Part shown: piece after piece, positions 12,715 to 25,300 of the stretch | How positions within the stretch are numbered: position 1 is the stretch's first letter | Layout of the letters: the number at the start of each line of letters is the position of its first letter | Source of the DNA: Antedon mediterranea | Taxonomy: Eukaryota; Animalia; Echinodermata | Length of the DNA: 64,000 nt | Assembly (NCBI RefSeq): GCF_964355755.1 | Contig: NC_092672.1 | Coordinates: 26,480,437 to 26,544,436, forward strand | Reading direction: 5' to 3' | Notes under the pieces: generated by a model | What the model was told of the DNA's origin: nothing | Seen by the model: only the letters and a program-made list of their open reading frames with translations | Databases searched by the model: none | Program-made: the position numbers and the translations under genes

Positions 12715-14229
12715 TCGACATATTAAGTGTAGGCCTACTTTACGATCCTCCTTTCTTCGTTTATTGCACAGAATTTTACCAACTCATTTTACAACAAATA
12801 ACGTTGTTATAAATTCATTTTTAAATGATATCTTTAAAATCTGATTTTAATTTGAAATGTTTGTAATAATATTTACAAATACCGACCTATGATTCGCTCG
12901 ACTTTTCCGGTTCCTATTATTTTAATACTGTACTCATTATTTGATAATAATACATACATCAGGCAACTATAGATAATATCTGCCGTTCAGTGTTCACACC
13001 ATTTTCAGTTAGGAATATTGGATAGCCCTTGTGAGAATTATATAAATCAGAGTTATCAAATGTACAAAAAACTCAATTCATTAGACCTATTTAACCTATT
13101 CCAAATTAAAAAACCTGAACCAAAATAGAAAAGTATCTTCTTGAAAACATGTTTGCTATGGTGCCAGTTTAAACAAGATCAAACACTCTACTCAACAAAT
13201 TGATTGTAAAACAAGCAAATGGTCATAATCATTGTTGCAAGACTAATCAAAGATTGAAGAATTTAATCATCAATCTTCCATTTCTTGGATTCATGCTTGT
13301 CAAAAAGCGTGCACAGTTCAATGTTACTTTGTAGGCCTATTTAACTCAGCACGTTTTTGACAACATTAGAAAAGAAGAATTAAGAAACATAGAACATTAT
13401 TTTAGACTCTTTTTATGATTACCTATACGGACATTATTTTAATGCAAAGTTATTTTACTAGAAAGGCATCTTCCTGACTATTTATACAACAATGCCATTA
13501 CAAAAAAATATTCTGCATAGGATCGAGAACGATCTTCTTATACTCACAATGATTGATGTATTGTATTGTTGCTTGGGAATAGTTTTTAGTTTAGTTATTC
13601 ATGTCGAATCTTACGTTTTCTTAAGTTCTTTTTAATTGTTGTTGAACCACAGGAGGTGAAATACAAATATATAATATATATTCAATTATAGTTATCACGT
13701 ATAAATAATTCTTATTCATATTGTCATGAATAAGCCTATTGTTGAGCTGAAGAGGACCCTCTGCCAATAGCCGAATATCAAAATATCAAAAAATAAATAT
13801 AATATTGAAATGTATGAGCACTCTTAATTTTGCTTCCAGTGGCCATATGGAGTAAACCTACAACTATCTATAATTCCTAATTCGAGATATTAGCAATGCC
13901 TGTTTATTTTTATTTTTATTTAATTTTATGTCTTTAGGTAATGTGGCCAAGGATTACTAATAGTAAATTTATCACTTTCCTATCACTTATCAGATAGGTG
14001 GTAATCCCCCTGATATTATTAAATATCATGGCAATACGAATGGACTGCCATCCCGGGAATTAATATTTTTATTATTGTAATGTAGGATTTTTATTTAGCT
14101 TTTGAGCCATGATGAATTTTGCAAATTCAAAATACACTAAGACGTAACCAATTGCCTATTGAATTGTTGTCTCTGAGTCTCAAGCTAGTAAATTTGAATT
14201 TATTATAGAAAAGAAGAATCATCCCGAAG

Positions 14230-14830
14230 TGTTGCGTTTGCCGCGCCGTCTCGTGAGTAATCCCACAAAAGGGGACGCCCCCCCCCCCTTATTAAATGAC
14301 GTCATATTGTACAGTCTTTTGTACAACTTTATTTTACAACCGTATATTTACTGTTATATTTCAATTAAATAAAATGTAGTTTAAACAAATAAATTACAGT
14401 AAGTAATACAACTATTTTCTTTTTAAATTTAGTATTACATAATAATTCCTTAATGTAATTAGATTTTGTATATAAAAATTATTATGCAAAATTAAAAGTA
14501 TAAGAAGTTTACGACGACAGACCACAACTCCCCTGATTCACTCGCGTAGCATTCTTGGAATTCCGGAGGCTTGAAAGGAGACGATATCTTTAATAAGGGT
14601 AAGTATGACTTAAAGTTATCGGTATTACAATCATAAATAGTTTGATATAATGCTGAATGACGTTAAATCGAGCCTTGCCTTTCAGTTTTGTAATTATAGT
14701 TATCTAAACGTTAAAGTAATAAAGATTAGCTAGGCCTATACTATCCATGTTTTTGTCAAGACGGCCAGAGCTAACGGTAGGCTTAAAATACCGGAAGTCG
14801 CTTTTCCTTCCGGTAGAGACTAGGTATCCA
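14230..14830 (+). promoter_or_regulatory. Putative promoter and non-coding first exon of the LPP/zyxin gene
   Basis: CpG-rich patch. Perfect CRE TGACGTCA at 14297-14304. Strong donor GG|GTAAGT at 14599. ETS-type CCGGAAGT at 14791. Next acceptor at 22314 lies 10 nt before the ATG. Confidence 0.45.
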
Positions 14831-17800
14831 GTAATGCAGTCTGACAATAGCGGAGGCCTAGACTTAAGTTAAGTAGGGTTGAATAATTTTCCACCGTATT
14901 TGACGCCCAGTCAAAGTAGGCGTAGTAATAGTAGGCCTAGGAGTTTATCTTCATTCATGTAGGCCTAGCTATACTAGATTGAAAAGATGTATAGAAAGTT
15001 TACTCTAAAAAATAACCAAGTCAAGAATAATAAATAATGCTATATTTTGTCCTACCTTGTAGTAAATGTATTTTTTTGTATTGTTTTATTAATTGATATA
15101 ATTTAGAATTTGATAATAAGATACCGTACTAACATTCTTGGGTCCTGTTTCTAATTTAAAGGAAAGAACATACTTTTTGTACCATATTTTGAAAGAATTT
15201 TATTTAATTGTTTTTGTGTACCCTCACAAAAAAAACCCATACACTAAAAGAATACCTCATACCTCTTCAAAATGGTCGTAAAACCCCCACTATTTTAAAA
15301 TGATGGCTGAACAGCACAAACATTTTTTTACTCTTTGTGGATAAAGTCATCATGTTACTTAATCAATAATGATGATCAACATGAGAGAACCGGGTGTATT
15401 TTTTATATTGAGTAATTCAATTTGACCTTTTATTTTAAAACTAAACTAGACAAGGTAAAAATGTTATGGCTATTCTAACTTATTTTACTGTACTGTATGT
15501 GCATGTATTGAGATTTCTCACCATTTTCATTCCTGTATGAAAACAAAATGTGTAATAATTACAGGGTAATGTAAAATTAAGTTAATATTATAGTGACTGT
15601 GTAACACAGTCTGTAGTATAGTATTGATGACAGAAATGTCATCTACTGTACAATACTGTACAGTACAAATTAAACTGTACACAATCCTTTCAAAAATAAT
15701 ATCAATTAACATTTTGATACAGTAATTTATACTTTAAATACAAGTACATGCTCAGTATTGTTGCCCTGTTTTGAACACACCAGGAAACTGGCCTCAAGGT
15801 GCATAATGCTTTTTTTAGAAAGTCTCCAATTTCAAACCTTTTAAGGAAGTACTGAATTAAACTACCTTTTATGGATAGGATCCAACAGTTGTCTGGCAAC
15901 TGAGAATAACTTTCAGTTTAATCATCTTCTTTTGGTCTACAGTATGAAGAGGCAGGCTAATAAAATATTGAATGTACCGTACAGTACTACTGTACTATTT
16001 AATGTAAATGTCAAATTGGCGATGATACCAAAGTTTAATTTTTGAACAGCAGTTTTATATTTAGTGTTGTGTTTACGAAAAATTGTAAGCAACCAGAACA
16101 TGCTGCTGACAAAAAAAAACCAGGACATCCTCTAATTTAGTCAGCTGTGCACGAAAACTGAACAGCACCAAATAACAATTAACATTTTTGCGCGAATGTA
16201 CAGTAGTCACTACACAGTCCCGTACAAATGGTGTGGTGTCAACTCTGGCCTCCACAGCCTAGCTAAATCCAGATGGACAGACATTAAAAACCTGTTATTG
16301 TTAAGGAATGATTAATTATCCACATATTTGGGGACGTTTCCGGAAATTCAAGTTTTGTAAAACGCAGCCACTCCTAGCAACTTTTCAAGGTACACATGAC
16401 CAGTTTTTTGTTAAGGTACTGTGTGTAGTTTCAGAAACAATGGATTCTTATGAAAATTCTTTGCAAATAATGGTATAAACTGTTAATCGTGAATACTGTA
16501 CTGTACAGTAGCTGACTAGATTTAAGAACGCTTCGGTTCTCTAGTGCCACTATCAGCAGCCTTTTTCATGTGCTTTTGAAAACACAGCCAAACTGGCATA
16601 GTTTTATATAAAATATTAGAAATCTAGTGTACATTCAGTGTCCTTACATTAACAGTTCATCCATTTCCGTGTTTTGATGCGTTTTGAATAAATTATTGTA
16701 AGAATATTAAATGATTTATTATTCTGTCTCAGCCAATCATATCTGGTTTTCAATCATTTCAATTTTTTAGCTGTTGGGAATAATTTGTGCGCATCCCACG
16801 TAGCATCATAGGCATGTTATTCTGTGGTGATTTATTATTCATCAATGTCATTATAATAAGTTTATCCATGCACATCAGCTACAGTACTGTACCAAGAGAG
16901 AATATGTTTCATCTTTCTTGGCTAAGTTAATTTTTGAGCAAATTATGCTTAATACAGTATGTTTAAGCTAAAATGAGGCGATGTACTGTATCATATCATG
17001 TAAAGTCGGGGATACTGCATGTCCTTTTCCTTGGAGGTTGAATGAATTCAATATACACAGTAGTACTTTGTAATGTAATTAGTAAAAAAAAATAAGGTAA
17101 ACAAGGAAAGACATAGATTAACTTTATTTGTCTTGTAAAATATGAACATTTTATTCTTAATCTTTAGTAAAATATTTATAATACTGTACAGTAAAGCTAA
17201 ATTAAAATACATCGAATAGTTTTAAAATACTTAGATAATAAATTCTTTACAATAAATATTATTGTTGTACAGCTTTATCTATAGTATCACAGTAGTGTAC
17301 AGGTATAATACTAAACAGTACCTTTCTTCTATATAAACAGTGTATATCACCTACCACCAGTACCATATCATTAGGGATGGCATATTAACTGATGAAGCCT
17401 AGGCCAGCTAACCCTGTGGGTATTGGCATACTCCAAATACCAAACTTAAATTAAATTTCAAATGTTCTCTGGTCATATAATGATTTGATCAGTTATTGGC
17501 TGTATGGTATTACTGCAGTGTTTTGATTACATTAATGGATCATATTCATATTTCAAAACAAAATGTTATGAGTATATGATGTATTAAATATTATAAATTA
17601 TTATAACAGTAATAATGATTCCCAAATATTAAAGAATGTTTTCTCCCAGTAAAGTAACTTTTAAACAATGGTGTGTTGGTTTTGCCATTTTTGAGTTGTT
17701 CATTTACCAAAAATTACATTGAAAAAAAAAAAAAAATTTACTTTAAAGATGTATTGTCCCCCTGAAAAATAATTTTATACTTTTTTTTTTGAATATTTCA

Positions 17801-18278
17801 TTTTAATGTAACGTAATACAGTTAGTTATCCACTTTGACCAAAAATCATATCTAAACAAAATATATACCTGAAATGAAATAATGTAATTTAAAGAAATGT
17901 GGGGATATCTTTATTAAAACTACGTCATATCCAAAGTTGGATTTCATTAATCATTTTCATCAATTTTTTGGAGGGCGTGGGGAATTGTATTTATCAACTA
18001 ATAATTATTACTAATGTGTAGAATATTGTAATTCCAATGGGTGTTGTTTGTGCAAATAAAAATGCTTATACATTAATTTGTGTTGAAAAATATATAAAAG
18101 AAAAAAAATTAATATGCTAAAATTTGAAAGAAAAATACAGTTGAGCTTGATTTTATGGTTAATATTTTTAGCACAAAAAAAATCAGAACATACCTGAGTA
18201 TTTTGCTGATAGTGAAACTAGTACAGTATTGTCTTGCAAGAATACATCTTATTTGTATTGTTGTAATGTACAGGCGCA

Positions 18279-18490
18279 GGCACACCTATTTACAGGGGGA
18301 CACACACCTATTTACAGGGGGACACACACCTATTTACAGGGGGACACACACCTATTTACAGGGGGACACATACCTATTTACAGGGGGACACACACCTATT
18401 TACAGGGGGACACACACCTATTTACAGGGGGACACACACCTATTTACAGGGGGACACACACCTATTTACAGGGGGACACACACCTATACA
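18279..18490. repeat. 22-bp minisatellite
   Basis: Unit CACACCTATTTACAGGGGGACA, about 9 near-perfect copies. Confidence 0.95.
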
Positions 18491-20313
18491 AGTTGTTTAT
18501 ATTATACAGTACATGTTTTTAGTTTGTTTTTTTTAATTTTTTTTTTAAGTGTATAATTTTTTTTTTTTACATTTTTGCCATCCAAACAATACATCAGAAG
18601 GTCTCAAGTGTGACTGCATCCTTGCTGTGTTAGATCTTAATGTGTTTTAAATTACTGTACTTGTGTTAAACTCATCCTGAGTGCTATTAAGTACAATCAC
18701 CTATTCAGTACAAATTGATCTTACCATACATATAATCCAGAGGGTTTCTATAGACTAATTTTATTGTATAGTGTAGTACCAGTAGTAAGCATTTGACCAT
18801 GGAAGGATTTTGTGAATGACATTGTTGTGACTGACAAATGGTTTCATGGAAAAGATTATTGAATACAAGAGCTGTTAAGGTTTACAAATTGTAGTACAAT
18901 ATGTACAGTAGTGAATACTATAGTGCTGTACGGAATATATGTACAGTTCCCTATAAATTCAGTTAAAGACCCCTTCCCTGCGATTTTGGACGTTTTTTGG
19001 AAAATAATACATATATATCGATCACTTTAAAAACATTAAACCATGTCATTCCTTGTCTTAAATGTACGTTTTATGGTAAATTATGATAAAAAGTGAGAAA
19101 CAATGCACTACCTAAGTAGCTCGCGGCGATCGACCTCTCGTGGACGGTCTTAGGCCTAGCCTAGCTAGGCTTAGTTTTGTAGGCCTAGCTGGTAAACATC
19201 GATAACGTACGAACATCGTACGCTAGCTATATACCTAGCCTGACGTTGTATAGTTGCGGCATTAATTGTCTTTGTATTTTTGCCAGATGTTGATACAAAT
19301 TGGGGAAAACCCGGTATTTTCGCTGAAAATCTTAGGTGTTGGGTCTTAGCTTTTGTGATCTTAGGTCTTAGGGGGTCTGAGCTTTCGTGGTCTGAGCTTT
19401 CGTGACACCCATACAATTTCTGATTTGAATTGTGTAATAATATTATGTTTTTAATGTTGTTTATTACAAAAATGAACATTTCACTACCATAAACTGGTTT
19501 GAGGGGTAAACTGTGCTTAGTACAGTTGGATGGTTATTCGTCAGTTTATTCGCCACTAGTCCCAAGGAATAACATTTCATGCTCCAATGAACATAGATGC
19601 TCTCGTCCTGATGCGTAAAACTCTATCTATCTATTTGTAAAGTAATTCCATAAAATAGATGCTGCACTGGAAAATGCACAACTTAAGTTCTCATTAGGAA
19701 CATGAAGAAGTTGATTATTCACAATTTTGTCTAAATTTATGAGATATACAGTACCCCAGATAAAACATGAAAATTGATGCACAACATGTTGATTGGCTGA
19801 CAAGAGGTTTTTCAGAGTACTTCAACCTCTTCATGGTGAATAATGATTCAATTAAATCTGATGCATTTTCCAAAACATTTTAATAAAAATGTACACACAG
19901 GAAGTGATGAGTCATACTTAGGTATGCAATTTATTACATCACTAAACACTTTTAATAAATGCCAAGTGAGACATACACAACACATACAATTTCACTGTTG
20001 TTGAGTTATACAGTGCTACTAATAGCAGCACATGTGTACACTGCACACCACCATTCCAGTAGTAGTAAGTAAAATGGATTTGATTTTTTGTTTAAATACG
20101 TTTAGTTTTTTTATTTCATGAAATAAAATAAACCTGGTTAAGGAGAAACAAAGTTTTAAATTGTATTTCATGTAGACATTAATAATAAATAGTGCATATT
20201 TTGATTAAATACAATAGATAATGTTAGAATGTGTACAATTCAGAAGTACAGTATGTTTGTTAGTAGGGTAGGGTTGTTACTGTATCAAATTTAGTTGTAA
20301 ATGTGTAGATAAT

Positions 20314-20821
20314 AGGGAGGTTTCGCAACCTTACGAATACGATAACGAAAACGGATACGTCATACATTTGTGAAACTTTTGAGCTGATCTCCATTTCATA
20401 TTCGTAAAGCGTATTCGTGTTGACGAATGTGAAACTGTATTCGAAACTACAAAACGAGTATAGTTTTTGATCTATTTTGCACATTTTGCATTTGAATTAG
20501 GAATGATTCATGATTATAATATAATTATAGATTTATTGAAAGTAATTTACTAAAGTAATTTACTAAAATGCCAGGTCAATGTAGATAAATAGCAGTTTTT
20601 AAAGTCCTCACTCGCTTTGGTGTTACGCCTGTAGACCTAGGCAGCCAAGCACCAAGCAACACGTACCTGCGCTTCGCTCAAATTTACCGCAGTCATATTT
20701 TGGACGCGCCTCGATATTTCGTGGCCATGCGAAGCAGATTTTTTTATGGCTTACGAAACGAATACGTGTGCGTGATGTATCTGTTTTCGTTATCGTATTT
20801 GTAAGATTGCGAACCCTCTCT
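20314..20821. mobile_element. PIF/Harbinger-like MITE
   Basis: ~50-bp imperfect TIR AGGGAGGTTTCGCAACCTTACGAATACGATAACGAAAAC / GTTTTCGTTATCGTATTTGTAAGATTGCGAACCCTCTCT, flanked by AAT / ATT. Confidence 0.7.
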
Positions 20822-22324
20822 ATTGACTTACAGTTGATACTGTATTATCTACAGTATTATAGGTCTATCTAGTTAATTTAAATACAGATACTGTATACTG
20901 ACTAACTTCTATTGAACATACTGTAATCTACGGTATTCTTTATTGTTTATGTTTATATTCATACCAGGTGGTCGGTATAACAGGATTTTTACTACTGTAA
21001 CATGTGCTGGTGTCATATCATTCCTATTTGGTTCTGTGGTCAATTCACGGTCAACTCAATGTCCATATTCTCGTTTTAGCTGCCCTACGGTAGCTGCCAC
21101 AATATTTTTGCATTAACCTGACCCAGTGTATGTATTTAAGATTCAACTATTGAACTACTGTACCAAGATGACAGGAAAAGGGCCACGCCAGAGAGGGTGC
21201 AATATTTTTACTAGTTCCCAGCAAAAAGTGAACCGTTCATGACAGGGTTTGCGATATTCATAGGTGGCTAGTTTTTATTGATTCAAAGGTCCAGCATCTC
21301 TCTGGTTGGCAGTATAAAAACCCATAAAGTATAAATAATACTGTACAGTATTGTATCAAACATTGTAAAATAGCTAATATAGAATACTGTCCTCCAGTAT
21401 TATTAGTCAATCCATGTACAGTACTTTACACAACAGTATACTGTACACTACATCAATGTTAACTGTCCATATTACCCATCTTTGCCTAGTAAATTTGTAG
21501 GCGGTAGAATGGGGGATAAATTCGGTAAATCTGCTGAGTTAGCATGACAGTGCATGGTAATGTAAATATTGCATTTGATTAATTTACAATTACACCAACC
21601 ACCGCAATCCTTAAACTAAATGTGGCGTGTCATATGACAAATACCAGATATGAAATCATGTAAAATAAATAGTTCAATACAAATATTTATAAAGTACAGT
21701 TACTTGAATGTATTTTGCACACCTATCTGAACAGTTTACAATTATCTTACCATAATCAGTGTCGTTTGACTCACCATATGAAGTGTTTGTTGATTCTTCT
21801 TTAGCGGTATTTAAACAACATCCTAATTATCGATATCTATGACACTGTATATTTAATTACTGAGAATTAACCAATTCAGTGGACCAGTAACTATTCAGTA
21901 GCAAACTCTTTGTACTGTGGAGGGATCATGGATACAAAGAGTAGTACCATATCGTAATGTATACCGAAAATAGCTATCTGAAGAGAGGATACATGAAAAG
22001 AAGAAATTCTGTTTCACACACCTATCTGAGTACATGTGGTCATCCATGACCAGCGCCCTCTAGTGAGAACCATCTCTTATAACAGCAACACTTTTCGTAA
22101 CACTGTTCTGTGTGTACTGTATTTTCAAGCAGAACTCCCACCAATGTTGGATTGTGTTAAATTGAAATATGTTTATTTTGAAAATGGCGGAAATGGTTAA
22201 GAATTATTCTTTCCTCAAAATATAGAGTTAGTACTGTACTTGATGGTCTGGAACGTTTGTCTCGGAATATAATTCAGCATTCTCATCTAATTTTAATAAT
22301 GTTTACAATTTTAGAGTGATCACA

Positions 22325-25300
22325 ATGACAACAATGAATAAATTAGAGCAAGAGTTGCAGAAGCTAGAAGTGGAACGTAATCGTTTACACGGCCAACCGG
22401 GAGAACAAAGCTACACTTCAAACACCATTTCGTCATCAAATATTTACTCGCATGGACAACCAAAAAAATATGCACCGGTGACAGCGCCCAAACCGAGACG
22501 TAATGCTGATGGGACTCTTCCACCCTCTGGCTCTCGAGGTAACATACATATTTAACATTTTGTTAGAATATGCTGTTAAGGCAATGCTGTAGTTTGTACT
22601 GTAGTGTAGATTAGCCAAAATTTGTAACATGTTCTTTTCATATTAAGGTAACTTTACTTGTTGCATGTTGCTGCAGTTCTGTTTCCCAACCATAGACCCT
22701 TAGTTCAATTTTAAATTCTTAAAATAGAGCTGATTTTTCTATGTAGTGAATATCCATCCAACATATTAAGAAGATTCTTTTCTGTAAAACTTCGAAACTT
22801 AGTCTCGCTATTATTCAAATGCAACAGACACAGTACAAACAAATTGATAGCAGTCTCCATATTTGTTGAAGACCATTTTTTTACATATCTGTGTTGGCAC
22901 ATGTTCTTTAATTCCTATTATGTGTGGACGCTAGGTTAGAAATAGCTTAATGTAACTAACCGTGCCATACTGTAGATGTATACTGTAGCATCTGCGTCAG
23001 ATGTATTGGTCCATGCCTTTCCTCTGGTCAAGGTGGGCACTGGACGAGGGGAGCCCTTGATCAATGTTAGGACCTACCAAGGTGCTTTCAACAGTCCTGG
23101 CTTTGTTTGTATCAAACCTGTTAGTGTTAGTGGTGGTAATTATCGCTGTTGGTTTCAATTGAATATAAAATAAAAATAAAATATAAACCTATTTAACCTA
23201 TGAAACCATCTATTTATGAAACCATCTATTTAACCTCTAGAAATGTAAATAATTTTGATTGGCAGGAAATTCGCATCTAGATAGTATTTCATTGCTTTAA
23301 TAACTAACTGCCACATGAGTTTTGTTTGACATAACAGAAACAATGTGACTTTACAAACTACAGTTTAGTATTAATCTCGTACTGTAAGTGTCTCTTTAGC
23401 TGTAGTACGCCATTTTACAATTCTTATAAAAATGCTTGTAATAATGTAGTGTTACGCTTAGCATTAGATAGTGCATGATAGAAACATGGAATGCGTTTTC
23501 TTACAGGATTACCGCCCTCAGCTGTTCCAAAGCCGTACAAAGGTAAGAGGTTAGAGGTCAACTCGCCAACTGCTTTGCACCTGTTACACACTAACTTGTT
23601 TTCTGACAGGCTTTGTCATCTACACTTTGACATTTACTAAAATGTCTATAACATCAGAAATAATTTATTATGGGAAAGGTGTTTGTAGTGAAAGATGTGT
23701 GTTGAATGAATGTGTATATTTATTTTGTGTTTAGTTTATGTCACTATTTACATAGGAATTGAGGCAATACAGGGCCATATCCACCAGTACGCTAATTGGT
23801 AAGGTTTCAACCTGACACTTTTCACAATCACAAGGGCCTTTGACAACCCAGTGGCTTAAACAGAGATTATTCCCTTTTCTTGCACAAACCGGACCACTTT
23901 ATTTCCCCTGGCATCACTGCAATATTGTGATAAGCAGACTAGCATTAGTTTCGGTCTAGACCTCTTCAAACAGAAGATAACACGGTACTTTTTGTGTAAA
24001 AAAAGTCACACAGTAATAGCCACAATATTTGTAATGGAAATAACGGGTATTGCTAAACTGCGCAAACTGCGCAAATACTGCGCAAACTGCGCAAACACTG
24101 CGCAAACAACAAAAAAAGCTCTGCAAACCTCCTTCAAAACAATTATTATTGATTAGAACACAACTAGAACTATATAGGGAGACAATTTATGAGAAAAAAA
24201 AATTGAAATTCCTTTAAGTTTGCCTTTTTTTTGGTGAAAAACTTCAATTTTTGGGAAAATTACTGATTTCAAAGCGCAAACAACAAAAAAACCTGCGCAA
24301 ACCTCCTTTAAATCAATTAATATTGATTAAAACACAACTAGACCTATATAGGGAGACAATTTATGGGAAAACAAATTTGAAATTCCTTTAAGTTTGCCTT
24401 TTTTTGGGTGAAAAACTTCAATTTTTGGGAAAATTACTGATTTCAAAGCGCAAACAACAACAAAAAGCTGCGCAAACCTCCTTCAAAACAATTAATATTG
24501 ATAGAACAAAACTAGAACTATATAGGGAGACAATTTATGAGAAAAAAAATTTGAAATTCCTTTAAGTTTGCCTTTTTTGGGTGAAAAAGTTAAATTTTTG
24601 GGAAAATTACTGATTTCACAGCGCAAACAACAAAAAAAGCTGCGCAAACCTCCTTTAAAACAATTAATATTGATTAAAACACAACTAGACCTATATAGGG
24701 AGACAATTTATGGGAAAAAAAAATTTAAATTGCTGTAAGTTTCTTTTTTTTTTGGGTTAAACACTTCAATTTTTGTGAAAATTAAAGATTTCACAGATTT
24801 AAAGGCCTGCGCATACCCCCAAAAAAGCTGCGCAAACCTCCTTCAAATCAATTAATATTGATTAGATAACAACTAGAACAATATAGGGAGACAATTTAGA
24901 AAAACAATTGGAAATTGCTGTAAGTTTGCTTTTTTTTTTAAATTAAAAAATTTATATTACAGATTTCACAGATGTCAAGGTTTGCGCACACTGCGCAAAC
25001 ACCAAAATAAGCTGCGCAAAAGAACACAACTAGAACTTTATAGGAAGACAATTTAGATTGAAATTCCTGTAAGTTTGCCTTTGTTTGGGTAAAACAATTT
25101 TTGGGAAATTTACAGATTTCACAACGGAAACTTTAAAAAAAACAGAAACAAGAAAATTATTTTTTTTCAAATATAACTTTTTTTAATGAAATGTTTCGCA
25201 ATTATTTACCTTCAAGGTTTTTTTATAACATTCTACTGTATTTCCAAATCAACATAAAGCTTTACATTTACAATGCTCTTTTTTCTTTTTTTCTGGTTTT

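Noticed and set aside
13740-13800. CTGAAGAG...CGAA possible hammerhead
   Set aside because: No GAAA core or closing stems can be formed.
17742-17775. TTAAAGATGTATTGTCCCC ends (also inverted at ~5455-5478 and degenerate at ~37160), Kolobok-like
   Set aside because: Only single ends are visible and element boundaries could not be defined, so no feature was called.
18155-18556. ORFs with THLFTGGHTPIYRG repeats
   Set aside because: Translation of the 22-bp minisatellite.
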